A stretch of DNA of 64,000 nt, taken from positions 14,198,001-14,262,000 of the forward strand of contig JBHGNT010000003.1 in the NCBI GenBank assembly GCA_043228905.1, written 5' to 3'. Below the pieces are notes generated by a model, which was given only the letters and a program-made list of their open reading frames with translations, searched no databases and was not told where the DNA came from. A program made the translations under genes and the position numbers. The stretch comes from Azolla caroliniana (taxonomy: Eukaryota > Plantae > Polypodiophyta). This document shows, one piece after another, positions 33,656 through 47,895 of the stretch (position 1 is the stretch's first letter; every line of letters starts with the position of its first letter).

Positions 33656-33954
33656 ACGTTAAACGGGTTGTTCGGTATGTGTAATATATATGAGTGTGAG
33701 GATGAGTATGTGTGAGCACATGCACAATTATGTGCATGTGACAAGAATGTAACGGTCTCTTTTTGTAACGGACATATTATTTACCGTTACATTATGTATT
33801 ATATAAACCCCTTATGGGGCATGTAATGAGAGATAGTTTTTTCCCCTCTCATTTGGTGTCATTTCCTATTTGTCTTTCTCTCTTGCTCTCTCTCTAACGT
33901 AAACCCCTTGGGAGGGGGGTGAAGCCATTCTAGGCTTCACTCCCCACCCCAACA
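33656..33954 (+). repeat. Probable 3' half of an unrelated LTR into which D inserted
   Basis: GTAACGG motifs, TATATAAA, CT-rich tract, terminal hairpin and ...CCCCAACA end; no second copy. Confidence 0.35.
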
Positions 33955-34015
33955 ACAACGAACTAGAAGCATAGCTGACACAAAGAATTCCCGGCATGAG
34001 AGCCAGGAGCGAGCC

Positions 34016-35178
34016 TGATGAGAGACGAGCTCAACATCGGCCGGATCGGCTGAAGAAGCCGAGGACCGGATGGGTTGGGACCGATCGGTTAGGCCGAATG
34101 CGTAAACCGGTACGCAGACCGGTGCGTAGGTAGGGCTGGATCGGTGCGTAAACCGGGAAGCCGTTAGGAAAGATATTCCGTGAGGAATATATTTGGGAGT
34201 TAGTGTAGGAGCTTTTAGTGAGCATTGAAGTACTGTCAGTACTTAGGTCTGTCCTTCTAGGACTTGTATAAAAGTGTTCATTGAACACACATATGTATAG
34301 AGAATGGTGAATAGAGTTTTTTGAATATAGTTCTTGTATTTTCTCTCTATCACTCTCTCTGTCTCTCTGTCTCTCCCGCGTCTACTGCCTAAGCTCAAGC
34401 ACTCCATTAAACCTGTGTTTTCTTCCTTCTGTTCGGTCTTCATACTTGCTTCCGCACGTTACTCTTTACATGGTATCAAAGCGCGAGGGTTGAGAACCTC
34501 TCTATAGCCGACACAGCTTGACAAAGAAGAACAAGAAGAACGATGGATAGAGGCATGGCGAGCTCGCTTCCAACAGAGAAGCTCAACAGAACCAACTACG
34601 CGTCTTGGTCCTACAAGATGCACCAGTACCTGCTCGAGCACTGCTACTTGAGTTATGTCGAAGGAGCTAATGACGCGGCACCCGAATCGACACACAGAGA
34701 CTTCCCGTCGTGGGAGCAATCGGCGAGCAGGGTATTATACTGCTTCGCGTCGTGTTTGGGCGAACAACTATTGAGCTATGTTCGGGATGCAAAGACGCCG
34801 AAGGGTGCGTGGTAAAATCTGAAGAAGATTTTTGCCGCGAGCACCACAACCAGGAAGCTTCAGCTCCGACAAGAGTTGAACAACCTACGACAACGCGACT
34901 TGTCGGTGGCGGACTATACCTCGAAGATCAAGGATATCTGCGACTCCCTCGCCTCCATAGAGGTGAACATCGAGGAGAGCGAGATTGTCCAGGTCTATAC
35001 CTGGGAGAATACGCCGTCCTTTTTCGACTTACAGTCAATGCTCCTGGTAGGGGAAAACCACGTGGGTGCGTCTACAAGCACGCACACCGACAACAGAATG
35101 TTCTACACGGAGGGATATAGGCCCCGTGGACGTGGAGGACGAGGCGAGTCGGCGCACAATGGAGGCGGCTGACGAGAT
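34016..35178 (+). mobile_element. Copia 'F' (E family, H-type 455-bp LTR): 5' LTR plus gag fragment, interrupted by F2
   Basis: LTR 34016-34470, PBS TGGTATCAAAGC at 34471, gag ORFs 34543-35172. Confidence 0.9.
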
Positions 35179-38100
35179 TGTAGAAAGTAGCGTGCGGAAG
35201 CAAGTATGAAGACCGAACAGAAGGAAGGAAACTCAGGTTTAATGGAGAGCTTGAGCTTACACGGTATACGCAGGAGAGACAGAGAGAGAAAACACCAAAA
35301 AACTATATTTAACAATAATGCTCAATCTGTGTACATTAGACGTGCTCAGTGAGCACTTTTATACAAGTCCTAGAAGGACTGACCGAAGTACTGACAGTAC
35401 TTCAATGCTCATCAAGAGCTCCTACACTAACTCCAAAATCTATTCCTAACGGAATATCTTTCCTAACGACCTCCCGGTTTATGCACTCGGCCTAACCGAT
35501 CGGTCCCAACCGATCCGGTCCTCGGCTTCTTCAGCCGAACCGGCCGATGTTGGGCTTGTCTCTCAACACTCCCCCTCAAGCTCAACTTGAGGCTCTTCGG
35601 GATCCTCGGGCACACAGCTCCGGTTCCTCCTCTTGCAGGTCCTTAAGAAGCCGCTTTCACCATATGGCTTCGCATGTCGCGACAGCCGCTCCTCGGTATT
35701 CAGCTTCGGTGCTCGACAGTGCAACTGTCGGCTGCTTCTTACTGCTCCACGCAATCGCAGCACTCCCGAGGGAGAACGCGTATCCAGACGTGGATCGGTG
35801 ATCGGCGGCGTTGCCAGCCCAATCAACATCGGTGTAGCCGACTAGCTACGCGGCTGCACCGGATCGATATAGCAGTCCTCGGTCCTTAGTGCCGTTGACA
35901 TACCAAAGTATGCGTTGCGCACACTGAAGGTGCTCCTCGGTAGGTCGCGCCATGAACTGACTAATCACTCCGACCAGATAACTGAGGTCGGGTCGGGTGA
36001 TGGTCAAGTATATGAGGCTACCGACAATTTGTCGGAACCTCGTCGGGTCGCATACCTTTCCCGTATCGGGACAAAGCTTGACGGTTCTGTCCAGAGGAGT
36101 CGAGACAGACTTACAGTCGACCATCCCGAGCTTGAAGAGCATACTCAGCACGTAGTGACGTTGGCTGATCAATATGCCTTCGAGGGTACAGATCACTTCG
36201 ATCCCGAGGAAGTAATGAAGGTCCCCCAGATCCTTCATGTCGAACGATGCCGCAAGCTGGAGCTTCACGCGGTCGATTTCACCTAGGTTGGCGCCGGTGA
36301 TGGCCAAGTCATCAACATATAGTAGAATACTAACCGGTCCGAGTCGACCTTTCCGGATGAACAGGGAAGAGTCCGATTTTGACGTGACGAAGCCCAACCG
36401 ACGCAGTTGTTGCGTGATCTTCGCGTTCCAGTCGTTTGCCAGTAGCCGAGCCTTGTACCGGTTGACCGAGCCATCGGTGTTGTACTTGACCTTGTACACC
36501 CATCTACACCCGATCGGCTTCACACCCTTCGGTGCATCAACCAGGTCCCAAGTCTCGTTCTCCGCCAATGCGTGCATCTCTTCCTCTATCACGACGCGCC
36601 AATTCGCATCCTTCGCCGCTTGTGCGTAGCTCTCCGACTCACGCACTTCCGCTACACGGGTCATGTACGCATAATGATGCGCCATGTACTCGTTGTATCC
36701 GAACCGCAAAATAGGATTCTTCTGGCGGGTAGATCGGCGTAATCTCACATTAGCCGAGGTCGAGGCCTTCTCGGTCAACGCAGTCTTCATCTTTAAAGAC
36801 CCGTCACAGGTTCCCTCAGAGTCGGACTCGCGTCGGTCTAACTCGTTCCTTTCCGTGCCGGAATCCAACACCTTCTTCTTCCCTTTCTCTTTGCATGTAA
36901 GCCGTCTCCTCGGCTTCCTGCGCAGGGAATGCACGACCGAGTTTCCACTACTCGCCGGCTCTTCATCGGACTGGTCGTACCGACTCAGTTGTCCAATCGG
37001 TCCACTTAACCGGAGTGAAATCGGACTCTCTTCGCGGGTCTCGATTTTGGGCTCATTCGAAGGCATCTCGGGCTCGCTGACCTCATCATCAAAGCTCGGA
37101 TTGGAGTCGGGGTTCCGAGTCGGGGGCAGGTACCAGGACGCGGACTCGTCAAACACAACGTCGCGGCTGACACGCGCTTGTTTGGTGCGAGGGTTATAGC
37201 ACTTATAACCCTTTTGCTCGTCCGAGTAACCAACCAAGATGCATTTCTCGGCCTTTGCGTCCAGCTTGTAGACACACCCGCGTGGTTCTCCTCTACAAGG
37301 AGCATCGACTGTAAGTCGAAAAAGGACGGCGTATTCTCCCAGGAACACACAGCCGTTCGGAACGCTCCGAACTTCGATGCCAAACCTCCGAGACAGATCT
37401 GGACCATCTCGCTCTCCTCGATGTTCACCTCTATGGAGGCGAGGGAGTCGCAGATATCCTTGATCTTCGAGGTATAGTCCGCCACCGAAAAGTCGCGTTG
37501 TCGTAGGTTGCTCAACTCCTGTCGGAGCTGAAGCTTCCTGGCTGTGGTGCTCGCGGCGAAAATCTTCTTCAGATTTTCCCACGCAGCCTTCGGCGTCTTT
37601 GCATCCCGAACATAGCTCAATAGGTGTTCGCCCACACACGACGCGAAGTAGTACAATACCCTGCTTGCCGATTGCTCCCACAACAGGAAGTCTTTGTGTG
37701 TCGATTCGGGTGCCGCGTCATTAGCTCCTTCGACATAACTCCAGTAGCCGTGCTCGAGCAGGTACTGGTGCATCTTGTAGGACCAAGACGCGTAGTTGGT
37801 TCTGTCGAGCTTCTCTGTTGGAAGCGAGCTCGCCATGCCTCTCTCCATCGTTTTTCTCGTTCTTCTTCGTCAAGCTGTGTGGGTTCTCAACCCTCGCGCT
37901 CTGATACCATGTAGAAAGTAGCGTGCGGAAGCAAGTATGAAGACCGAACGGAAGGAAGGAAACTCAGGTTTAATGGAGAGCTTGAGCTTACACGGTATAC
38001 GTGGGAGAGACAGGGAGAGAAAACACCAAAAAACTATATTTAACAATAATGCTCAATCTGTGTACATAAGACGTGCTCAGTGAGCACTTTTATACAAGTC

Positions 38101-38287
38101 CTAGAAGGACTGACCGAAGTACTGACAGTACTTCAATGCTCATCAAGAGCTCCTACACTAACTCCAAAATATATTCCTCACGGAATATCTTTCCTAACGA
38201 CCTCCCGGTTTATGCACTCGAACTAACCGATCGGTCCCAACCGATCCGGTCCTCGGCTTCTTCAGCCGAACCGGCCGATGTTGAGCT
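35179..38287 (-). mobile_element. Copia 'F2' (E family), non-autonomous, three internal deletions
   Basis: 3' LTR 35179-35568, PPT 35569-35577, PBS 37898-37909, 5' LTR 37910-38287 (about 12 terminal bp missing); lacks PR, most of IN, part of RT and the RNase H end. Confidence 0.92.
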
Positions 38288-41200
38288 CACTTGTCGACAC
38301 ACTCCGCAACAAAACGGAGTAGCCGAGCGCAAAAATTGGCACATCCTCGAAGTAGCGCGGGCCACGATGAACGAGAAACATATGCCCAAGTCATATTGGG
38401 CCAAAGCTGCAAATACGGTCGTCTACCTAATGAACCGGTGCACAACATCCGGAGTGCACGAGGTCACTCCGCACGAAAAATACTTCGGAAAGAAGCCGGA
38501 CTTATCGCACACCCGGATATTCGACGCGATAGCATACGTGCACATACCCGATGAAAAGCGGCAAAACCTAGATCCAAAGTCGGAGAAATGTATCCTCGTA
38601 GGATACTCACTCGAACAAAAAGGGTACAAATGTTACAACCCATCTACCCGTAAAGTTCAAGTAAGTTGAGACATCGTGTTTGACGAATCCGCATCCGGGT
38701 GCGCACCAGAGAAGATTCCGACTTCGACCCCGATCGACGCGGAACCGGCCGAACAAGAGCGAGAAGGTGGAGATCGCCTCGAAGTCATGTTTGAAGATAA
38801 CCTGATTACCACAAGACTAAGTGGGCCACAAGAGCCCTCGAGTGATCAAAGCACATCATGGCCTAGCCCGAAGATGGACAAAGGCAAGGCGAAAATGACG
38901 AAATACGAAGACGATCGCTTCAACGTCAATGTGTCGACTCACTCACTCGACAGTGAGTTCGGTGGCTTTGATGTACCAATCGGGGCTAAGAAAGCCCTCA
39001 TCTCTGCAAATGAAAAGCTCTGTCGCTCCACCCGTGAAAAGAATCCGGTCAGTCGATTCAGCTACAACGACTACATGGCATATCACTATGCCTTTATGAT
39101 GAAGGTGGCGATAGTACACGAGCCGGAAACATTTTCCGAAGCAGCCAAGGACCCACGATGGATCAAAGCCATGAACGAGGAGATGCAGGCACTATGCAAG
39201 AACGAGACGCGGGATCTCGTTCCCACCTCACCACACAAAAAGGCGATCGGATGCAGATGGATTTACAAAGTGAAGTACAACGTCGACGGTTCCGTCAACC
39301 GCTACAAAGCGCGACTCGTAGCGAAAAGCTACGCACAAACGCACGGCATTGACTACGAAGAGACCTTTGCCCCGGTGGCAAAGATGACGACGGTACGGAC
39401 CGTAATTGTGCTTGCCGCGGCAAAAGGGTGGCACCTCCATCAAATGGACGTCAAGAACGCCTTTCTAAAAGGTGAATTAGAAGAGGAGGTGCACATGATA
39501 CAACCACCCGTCTTCAACTCGAGCACCCATCCGAAAGTTGTCTGCCGACTCAAGAAGCCACTCTACAGCCTCAAGCAAGCACCGCGTGCTTGGCATTCGA
39601 AGATAACGCAATATCTTCATCAATTCGAAGTATGTCAAAATAGGACAACTCCCTCTCCATACGAAGCGATTCCGCAAGTCCGAACGTCATCATCTTATGT
39701 GTGGATGACCTAGTCATTGGAGGTGAGCATCTCGTCGAAATCAATAAGGTCAAATCCCTCCTTTTCGACAAGTTCGAGATGACGGACATGAAGGAGCTCC
39801 ACTACTTCCTCGACATCGAGGTAATTCGGACTCCGGCGGGAATCATGATCTCTCTACGGCACTACATCCTCAACTTGTTATACAAGTTCGGTATGGCTGA
39901 GTGCAAATTTGCGGCAACTCCGCTCGATCGCAATCTCAAACTAGATGTGAACTCCGGCACCAAAGCGTGTGAGCCGACTCAGTATCGGCAACTCATCGGG
40001 AGTCTCATCTACCTCACGATCACTCGACCCGATCTCAGTTATCCGGTCGGTCTCCTTAGTCAATTCATGCAAACACCGTGTGATACTCACTTGGATTGTG
40101 TTAAGCGAGTTCTACGATACATGAGCGGCACAATGGATTACGACATCCTCTACAAGACCCCGATGCCAATACGACTCAAGGGGTACCCAAACATCGATTG
40201 GGCCGACTACAAAGCCCATAGAAGATCAACCTTCGGATTTGTTTTTTCCCTCGGCAGCGGAGCAATATCCTTGAGCAGCAAAAAGCAACCAACCGTCTCT
40301 CTTTCGAGCACAAAGGCAGAATACAAGGGCGCGGTCATGGCCGCATGTGAAGTCGTATGGCTCAAAAGGATACTCAAGGATCTGGGCATACCCATCAAGG
40401 ATCTGACTTCCCTTTACTGCGACAACATGGGCAGTATCTATCTGGCTCGGAACCCGGTGTTCCACGGGCAGACAAAGCACATCTAAGTGCACTATCACTT
40501 CATCTGAGAGCGCGTTCTAGCTGGCGATGTCGACCTACAACACATTAGCACCAATCTTCAAACGGCCACATCTTCACTAAAGCCTTAGGAGCCGACAGGC
40601 TATGGCAATTCATGACCGATCTCGGATTGACGTTCCCTGACCTGCCAAGCTTGAGGGGGAGTACTAAAGACACTACGCAATAACGCGTGGATTCCGCAAC
40701 CGCGCAACGAATCTGATCTACCACGTAAAGCCGCGAAGAAAGACACAAGCGGAAGCACAAACTTTGCAACTACGCACAACGCAAGCTGGAGCACGGATTC
40801 CGCAACTACGCACAATGCAAGCTGGAGCACAGATTCCGCAACTCCGCATAAATGCGAGTCGACGCGGACTCCGGAACGCGAGTTGAAGCGGATTTCAGAT
40901 ACCGTTTGAAACCGACCCGACTTGAGCTTGAGGGGGCGTGTTGAGAATCAAGCTCAACTTGGTCTAGTGTGTGAACTCACCTTGAGAGTGAATCGACACT
41001 CCAACGGTCAAGAGTCACCATTATGTCACCACTTTATATTCTAGCATTTAGTATGAGTCATAGAATCATATTCTATGACACATAACTTATGAGCTTTCAC
41101 ATTCCCCATGCTCCTTGAGTCTTGTAGTTAATGAAGAGCGAGGGTGACTATATAAAGCACCCTCCTCCCACCTTGTATGTAGTCAAGTCCCACCTTGCAT

Positions 41201-41306
41201 ATTCTCTGTGTCTTACTCCTTCTCTCTCTCACTCTCTCTCTCTCTCATACACACACATAGCTCATATCTATTCCGTTGCACAGAATCCATGTCTTGATTC
41301 TTTACA
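38288..41306 (+). mobile_element. Copia 'G' (related family), 5'-truncated: IN C-terminus, RT, RNase H, 3' LTR
   Basis: [28 protein letters not shown] motifs with stops/frameshifts; PPT 40929-40938; LTR 40939-41306 (TGTTGAGAATC...GATTCTTTACA). Confidence 0.88.
40766..40858 (+). repeat. 36-bp tandem repeat (about 2.5 units) in the 3' region of G
   Basis: GCAACTACGCACAA(C/T)GCAAGCTGGAGCAC(G/A)GATTCC repeated. Confidence 0.85.
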
Positions 41307-43239
41307 GGTATTAACAAGATACACAATACGTAAAGACACCGCACTTCTCTATTAATTATCCGTCCTCAATTACATCATCTCCGGATCCTTTTATAGGTAT
41401 CCGGTTGTGCTACAAACCAATGCCAACCGCAACCGGCTACGAACTGGTCCAGATCCGGATCAGCATACCGATTCCAGGTCCCTCCATCTGATCTTATAAT
41501 TATCATAATTTATCTAATTACAACTCCCAAAACCGACTCCCCTTTCATACTCTGGCCTAACCAGCCAACAACGGCAGGTTTGAGGAATCGTAGTACAGAT
41601 GGAGATGGAGGAGACCGGAAAAGAGAGAGAACGAGCAACGGAGAAAGCATAGGCTGGAACAGAAAGAAAATAAACGAGATGCATAGAAAGAGAAAGAGAG
41701 GGAGGAGGAAGGGAGGGAGAGAAAGAAAGAAGCAGAAAATTAAGAATGAACGAAGGCGGCGGCGGGGGGAGAGATGGAGAGACAGAAAGAAAATTAAGAA
41801 AGTGAGGGAGGGAGAGAAAGAAAGAAACATAATTAAGAATGAATTAATACGGAAAAGGAAAAGGATGATTGGGTTAAGTAGGAAAGTTTATTTTCTTTAA
41901 CGAGAATCAAAATTACTGACTCGCAGAAACACACACATACAACACATAACACGCACACATACACTACGACTGGAGAGACCGACTCCAAAATTTGGTTCTT
42001 TTTTTCCTTGCATTTCTTTTGTGCATTTCCAGGAGACCCCACCCACCATCACGTAACAAATTCTTTTAATAAAATAAAAAATTGTTAGAAACTCCTTTCG
42101 TTTATTGTTTTTTTGAATGTTTGGAACATAGTTTTAATTTCATTTGATGTAATTTCATCATAAACAATGTAATTTTTTTGATCTGGATTTTGACCTCTAT
42201 AGAAAGCGCACTTAATAGAATGGTGCTCTTAAGTGGGCACGCACTTAACCGAATGGTTATTGTACATACACACACACATACATACATACAATACAATACA
42301 ATACATACATGTATGTATGTATATGTACGTATATATGCATATATAATGTATGTGTTGTAAATGCTCACTTCTTCTCTTCCTTTCTTTTCTGCGTGGCCAA
42401 AGGAAGGCACAAGATAAAGAATGAGATAATGGTCGCCTGTTGTCGAGACCTGAGCTTTAGCTCTTCCCCATCCCTCCGCTCTACCCCTCTCCATCTCACA
42501 CAGAAGACATTCTCCAATGATGAGGCATTCCTCATCTCCCTCTTCTTTCTTCTCCAAATCGGGAGGCCTTTTAATGGTTGGTTATGATTGAATTAATGAG
42601 CCATTAAAGGCCTAGATTAAGCTCGATTTGATGTCTATTCCATGTCAATATGAATCATGATCAAGGATTGAAAATGTATCTACTATATATAGTCTATTTA
42701 TGATCAAAATTTCTTTCAAATTTCATGAAATTCTGGTCAAATTAGGCCAAAAATAAAACTCTGTTTTATGCTCTCTATGTGTGTAAGATTAATTAACACT
42801 AAAATTGAAAGCTCGAGTTTATTGCGTTCTATGATTGTGTGATGGTATTAGGCCTAAACAAGAAGAAACACCTCAACAGAATTTATGCTCACTGAGAGTT
42901 AATCCTGTATAATAATATAATGTAATCAAGAAGCAATATTAGTTCATATACTTGCGTAAAAACCTAGGTTGTTGGAAGGTTCAGAGTTCGGATTTCGCGT
43001 AGACAGCTTCCATATCCTGCATAAAAACCTAGTATCTGCAAAAAGTAGAAAATCGTTACAAAAACCCCCAATTATTTTCTTTTTCTCTGGTAAAAAATAA
43101 CCTAGAAAATTAATTTTTAAATTATTTACAAATTTAGCCTTAGAAAAAATGTCAGTTCCAAAAGGTTGAATACGTTTAGAATACATGTGGGTATTCTAAA
43201 ATGTACTCTATCTATAAAATACACGTTTTTCAACAACAA

Positions 43240-46200
43240 TGCCTTCACGACAATGCGGGCTTTATACCTAGGCGCACTGTTGACTTCTCCAGCCTTCACC
43301 CTGTAGACCCATTTGTTCCTGAGTGCTCTCTTACCTTTCGGTAGTTCTACCAAGTCGTAGGTGTAGTTTTCGTGCAAGGAGTCCATCTCATCTTGCATCG
43401 CGTTCAGCCATTGCTCTCTATGCTCGTCAGCAATGGCTTCATCATAGCACGGTAGCTCGCCTTCATCAGTCAAGAGGATGTATTACTGGCATATGTTGTC
43501 GGTGCTCTCCTTTCTTTGAGTGGGTATCTCATTCCACTCGTTGTCGGCTCTCGTTTGGGTGTTTCTCCCGACTCTCCTCTTTGCTTGGGTTCATATATGT
43601 CGATCGACTTCTCAAGGTTGGACGACTCCAACTCGTATTCCTCGATCGACCTTTTAACAGTTCTGCTGACTCAAACTCATTAGTCGGTCGGACTCTCCGA
43701 GTCGACCAACTCGGAATCGGTTGTGCCGACTGGTTGTCTCCAAACCGCCGACTGTGTCGGTTCACTTGGCCTCAAGTTGATAGTAGTAGAGGTTGACTGG
43801 TTAGTCGATTCCAACTTCTGTTGCTTCCAGTCCTCTGTGGTCTTGTCTTCCAAGAAGACTATGTCCTAACTCCTCACTACCTTCTTGTCGACTAGGTCCC
43901 ATAGCCTATAGCCAAACTCATCTTCAGAATATCCCATGAATATGCATGCTTTCGACTTACTCTCAAGTTTCGCCCTCTGATCTTCGATACATGCATATAC
44001 TCCAGACATCCGAACACCCTCAGATGTTAATGGGAAACATCCTTTCCCGTCCACACCCTCTGTGGGACATCACCCTATAATGGCACTAAGGGAGACCTGT
44101 TGATCAGGTAAACAACTGTATACATCGCCTCAGCCCAATAGGATTTCGACAGTTTAGCATGAGAGAGCATGCTCCTCACTCTCTCCATGATTGTTCAGTT
44201 CATCCTCTCTCCAAGCCTGTTCAACTTAGGGGTCTTCGGCACTATGTATTCAACTCGAATACCTTGGGCCTTGTAGGATTCCTCAAACTGCCCTCTATAT
44301 TCACCACCGTTGTCGGTTCGGACAGCCTTCAACTTCCGACCCGACTCTCATTCGGCTCTTCCATGGAACTCCTTGAAGAACGACAGTACAAGTGATCTTT
44401 TGACTTTAATACAAAAGCCCACAACTTCCGACTGTAGTCATCGATAAAGGTCACAAAGTACTATCCGCCTTGGTGTTCTACATAGCACACATCCATGTGT
44501 ACTAGTTCCAGTGGCACTTCTCTTCTCCTTGGTGTTCAAGAGTGGAATGTTGCTTTGTTCTGCTTTCCAACTAAGCAGTCAACACACTTCTCCAGGTGCA
44601 CTCCCTTGTCTTCTCGTAGGAGTTTTTGGTTGGCTAACAGATGCAGTCCCTTCTCACTCATGTGGCCTAGCCCCTTATGCCATATCTCTCCTGCTAAGAC
44701 GGTTGCCACGCTCACTTCCGACTTGCATAGTCGGACATGCATCATATATAATGTGCCTTCTTTCTGTGCTCAGGCCACTATAAGATTTCCTCGGCAGAAC
44801 TTCCACTTGCCATTCTGAAAGCTACCATTGTAGCCTTCGTCATCCATCCTTCCAGTCGATATCTAATTCAATCTGATATCGGGGACATGTCGAACATCCT
44901 TCAGAGTTAGCCGACACCCTATCGACGTCATCAAGTGGAAACTTCCGACTCCGACTAGTTTGCACTCTCCACTATCACCCATCTTTACATAGCCATGATC
45001 CCCAACTATGTAAGTCGATAAATACTCTCTCGACATAGTTATGTGGAAGGATGCATCGGAGTCGATCACCCAAGTGCATTCTTCGCTTGCAAGGTTTGCA
45101 CTTGTCTGTTTGCAAATGAACAACAGTTCTTCATTGCTCGTAGCAAAGGCCGAAGTGTTCTTCTCATCATGAATCTTCCTGGGTTCGACATTGTCTTTGA
45201 CACCCTTGTCCTTCCTAGGTTCGACATTGACTCAGACTGGACTAGAGAACCCTTGTCCTTCCTTCTCGCTTTCTCATTCAGGATGCTTGTCTTCACCGCT
45301 TGTAAAGACAAGTTCGCTTCTTGACATGAGGTGCTAAGAGTAACCACCAGGTTCTCCCAGCTATTCGGCAGTGTGCACATCAGCAAGATGGCCTGCATGG
45401 CATCATCGAGGGGAAACTTGGTTGCATCAAGTTGATTTACATACCCCATGAATGTGTTGATGTGTTCGATGATGCTCTCACCGTCTCTATATTCCAGCCA
45501 TACAATCTTTCTCATCAGTGAGGTTTTATTGAGGGCGTTCTTCCTCTCATATAGACCTGACAGTTTCTACCACATCTCGTGGGTATTCGTGTCGTTCGTC
45601 ACATGCTGAAGGACACTTGCATCGACGCACTTTTGGATGGTGGCCACCGCCTTTCTGTTGAGAAGTTTCCATTCCGACTCTCATACCCGCATGGGTATTT
45701 CTGCTCTGTCGATGGGCTCATACAGGTCTTTGACTATGAGAAGATCCTCCATCTTTATCTTCCAGTCTGCATAATTCTGAGAGTTCAGAACTATCATTCC
45801 TTGGAAGCCGCTCACACCTCCTTCCATGCTTGCACCTCAAGCTCTGATACCAGTTTGTCGAGAAACGAATCACCAATCCACAATAAAAGGAATGTGCTAA
45901 AAATACACAGTTGGGAAACACAGCAGACAATGTGCACTTATTTTACGTGGAAACCCTAAAGCGGGAGAAAACCACGGAGAACGGAGCTTCACTATATAAT
46001 TAATGGATATACAAGGACGGGATTAGTGTACAACACTCTCTGATCTGAGTGTAGCAGCCACGCAGGGCTCTTACAGAACACGGCTATGGCACCACTCACA
46101 CAATCTCTCCTTCCCGTTCTCACTCTTCTCTATCGTTCTCAACAACAGAGGATCACACACCTATACATTTGCCCTAGGCGTATTTATACTAATGCATCAT

Positions 46201-46430
46201 ATGGGCTATTTACAAGTGTAGCCCCTACTACATATCGCTACTATTATTATAACTATAATAATAATAGTCAGCAGTTAATCAATCGACTCCCTATTTGTTA
46301 ACTCTTTAACTATTGGTTCTCCTCAATCCGAACAGTCAGCTCTTCCTTGTCTTCGAGTGTCGGCTACTTCCAGACAATCGGCTACTTCTAGACAGTCGGC
46401 TCCTCCCACAAGAGGGATATATTCCCAACA
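43240..46430 (-). mobile_element. Old Tork/Tnt1-like copia 'K', 3'-truncated in RT
   Basis: LTR about 45856-46430, Met PBS 45841-45852, gag start 45827 (NYADWKIKMEDLL), WVIDS.AS.H, WHK.LGHMSEKG, EFGYRLWD, YKARIVVK; many disablements. Confidence 0.82.
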
Positions 46431-47039
46431 TTTTGTTGCCCACAGTATGATCTAGACTTAGTGGACTAGAAAACATCCATTCCTGTTTTTCTCCATCTAT
46501 AGTAGATGTAACCGGGCGTGCCAAATATTGTGTTGATCTGTCGGTAGCCACAATAGGTCAAACGTCGACTCGAATGTTCTATCAAGAAGATTGTGGTAGG
46601 GAAATAGACTGGTCGCCTCTAGTCCTATACTCAGAGATTGATACATAGGAAATACTACTAATATGATAAACAAGTATTGATGATCGACTATTCGTTATAA
46701 TTAAGTAGCAAATATGGTATTCGGATGTTCGACACAGAAGCAGTTATGCAATGAACACAGAGTGGTCGACACACAAATACACTAACTACTAAACTTAGAT
46801 TACTCAAAATAGAATGATACAAATACAATGCTCTCAATCCTATTTTATAGGTGATCTTAGAGTCGTTTCCAAGAGCGTACACTTGCCTGTTCAACAAGAT
46901 CCTATTATAGTTAACTAACTCTTCTATTTCTAATTAGTTAACACTCTATTTCCTATTTAATAAACATACTCTATTCGACTTGTCTTTTCACACTTGACCG
47001 ACCCAACTCGAACCTTACTTCAGGTATCCGACCAGTTAC

Positions 47040-47895
47040 AGGCCTGAAGATTGAAGACAAATTGGAGACAGGCAATTCGGACAAGAGCGGGAACAAATCG
47101 AAGGCAGCTGATTCGGTCGAATGGTTCGATTCAAACGAGCCAAATCAAGATAAGGCCAAACGGACAAGAAGGCAGCAGAAGTTGACACCGACACAAAGGA
47201 GCCGACGGGTTGAGAAGTGTCGAAGTCATAGCAGCAAAGGAGCTGAGATGGGCCTCATGAGCAGACAACTTGACCAAGAAGGTCGAGGTGTGCAGAACCG
47301 GATGGGTCGTGGAAAGCTGGATGGGATGGGTCGAGGACCGTGAGCGAGGCGTGAAGACGCCAAGAGAAGCCAGAAGCAAGGACCGGCAACGACTGACTGA
47401 CCTCAGGTTGAGCTTGATGAGGGTTGTGGAGGGGACAAGCTCAACATGATCTGAATCGGCAGAATAAGCCAAGAGCCAGATCGGTGTCTAAAATGAAGAG
47501 CCGGATTGATGTCCAGATTGGTGTCCGGAATGGAGAGCCGAATCAGTGTTCGGATCAGAGTGTAACTGGTAGGCTGTTAGAGGCCTACGATCCTAGCCTA
47601 ATAGATACGCATAATTTTTAGGAGTTAGTGTTAGAGCTCAGTTATGAGCATTGAAGTACTTGTTAGTACTTCTGTCAGCCATTTTAAGGCCTTGTATAAA
47701 AGTGCTCTCTGAGCACATTCAATGTAGAGAGTTTATAGAGTGTATTTTTGAAATAGAGTTTTGTGTTTTGCTCTCTCTCTGTCTCTCTCGTGTACTCTCT
47801 GCATGTGTCAAGCTTCCCTTAAACCTTCATTCTATTTTCTGTTACTATTCGACAAAATCACTTGTGTCTACAAGCTTCCACATGCTATTTTTACA
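47040..47895 (+). mobile_element. Diverged E-family copia 3' end plus LTR 'J'
   Basis: LTR about 47425-47895 shares GACAAGCTCAAC, GGAGTTAGTGT, GAGCATTGAAGTACT, TTGTATAAAAGTGCTC with the E LTR; upstream sequence resembles the E C-terminal extension. Confidence 0.7.

Noticed and set aside
41510-42587. Lys/Arg-rich or hydrophobic short ORFs
   Set aside because: Products of GA-rich and TACA low-complexity DNA.
42200-43240. Possible DNA-transposon or Helitron remnant
   Set aside because: No TIR pair, TSD or coding motif that I could verify.
46431-47040. Possible additional LTR remnant
   Set aside because: No partner or clear termini.
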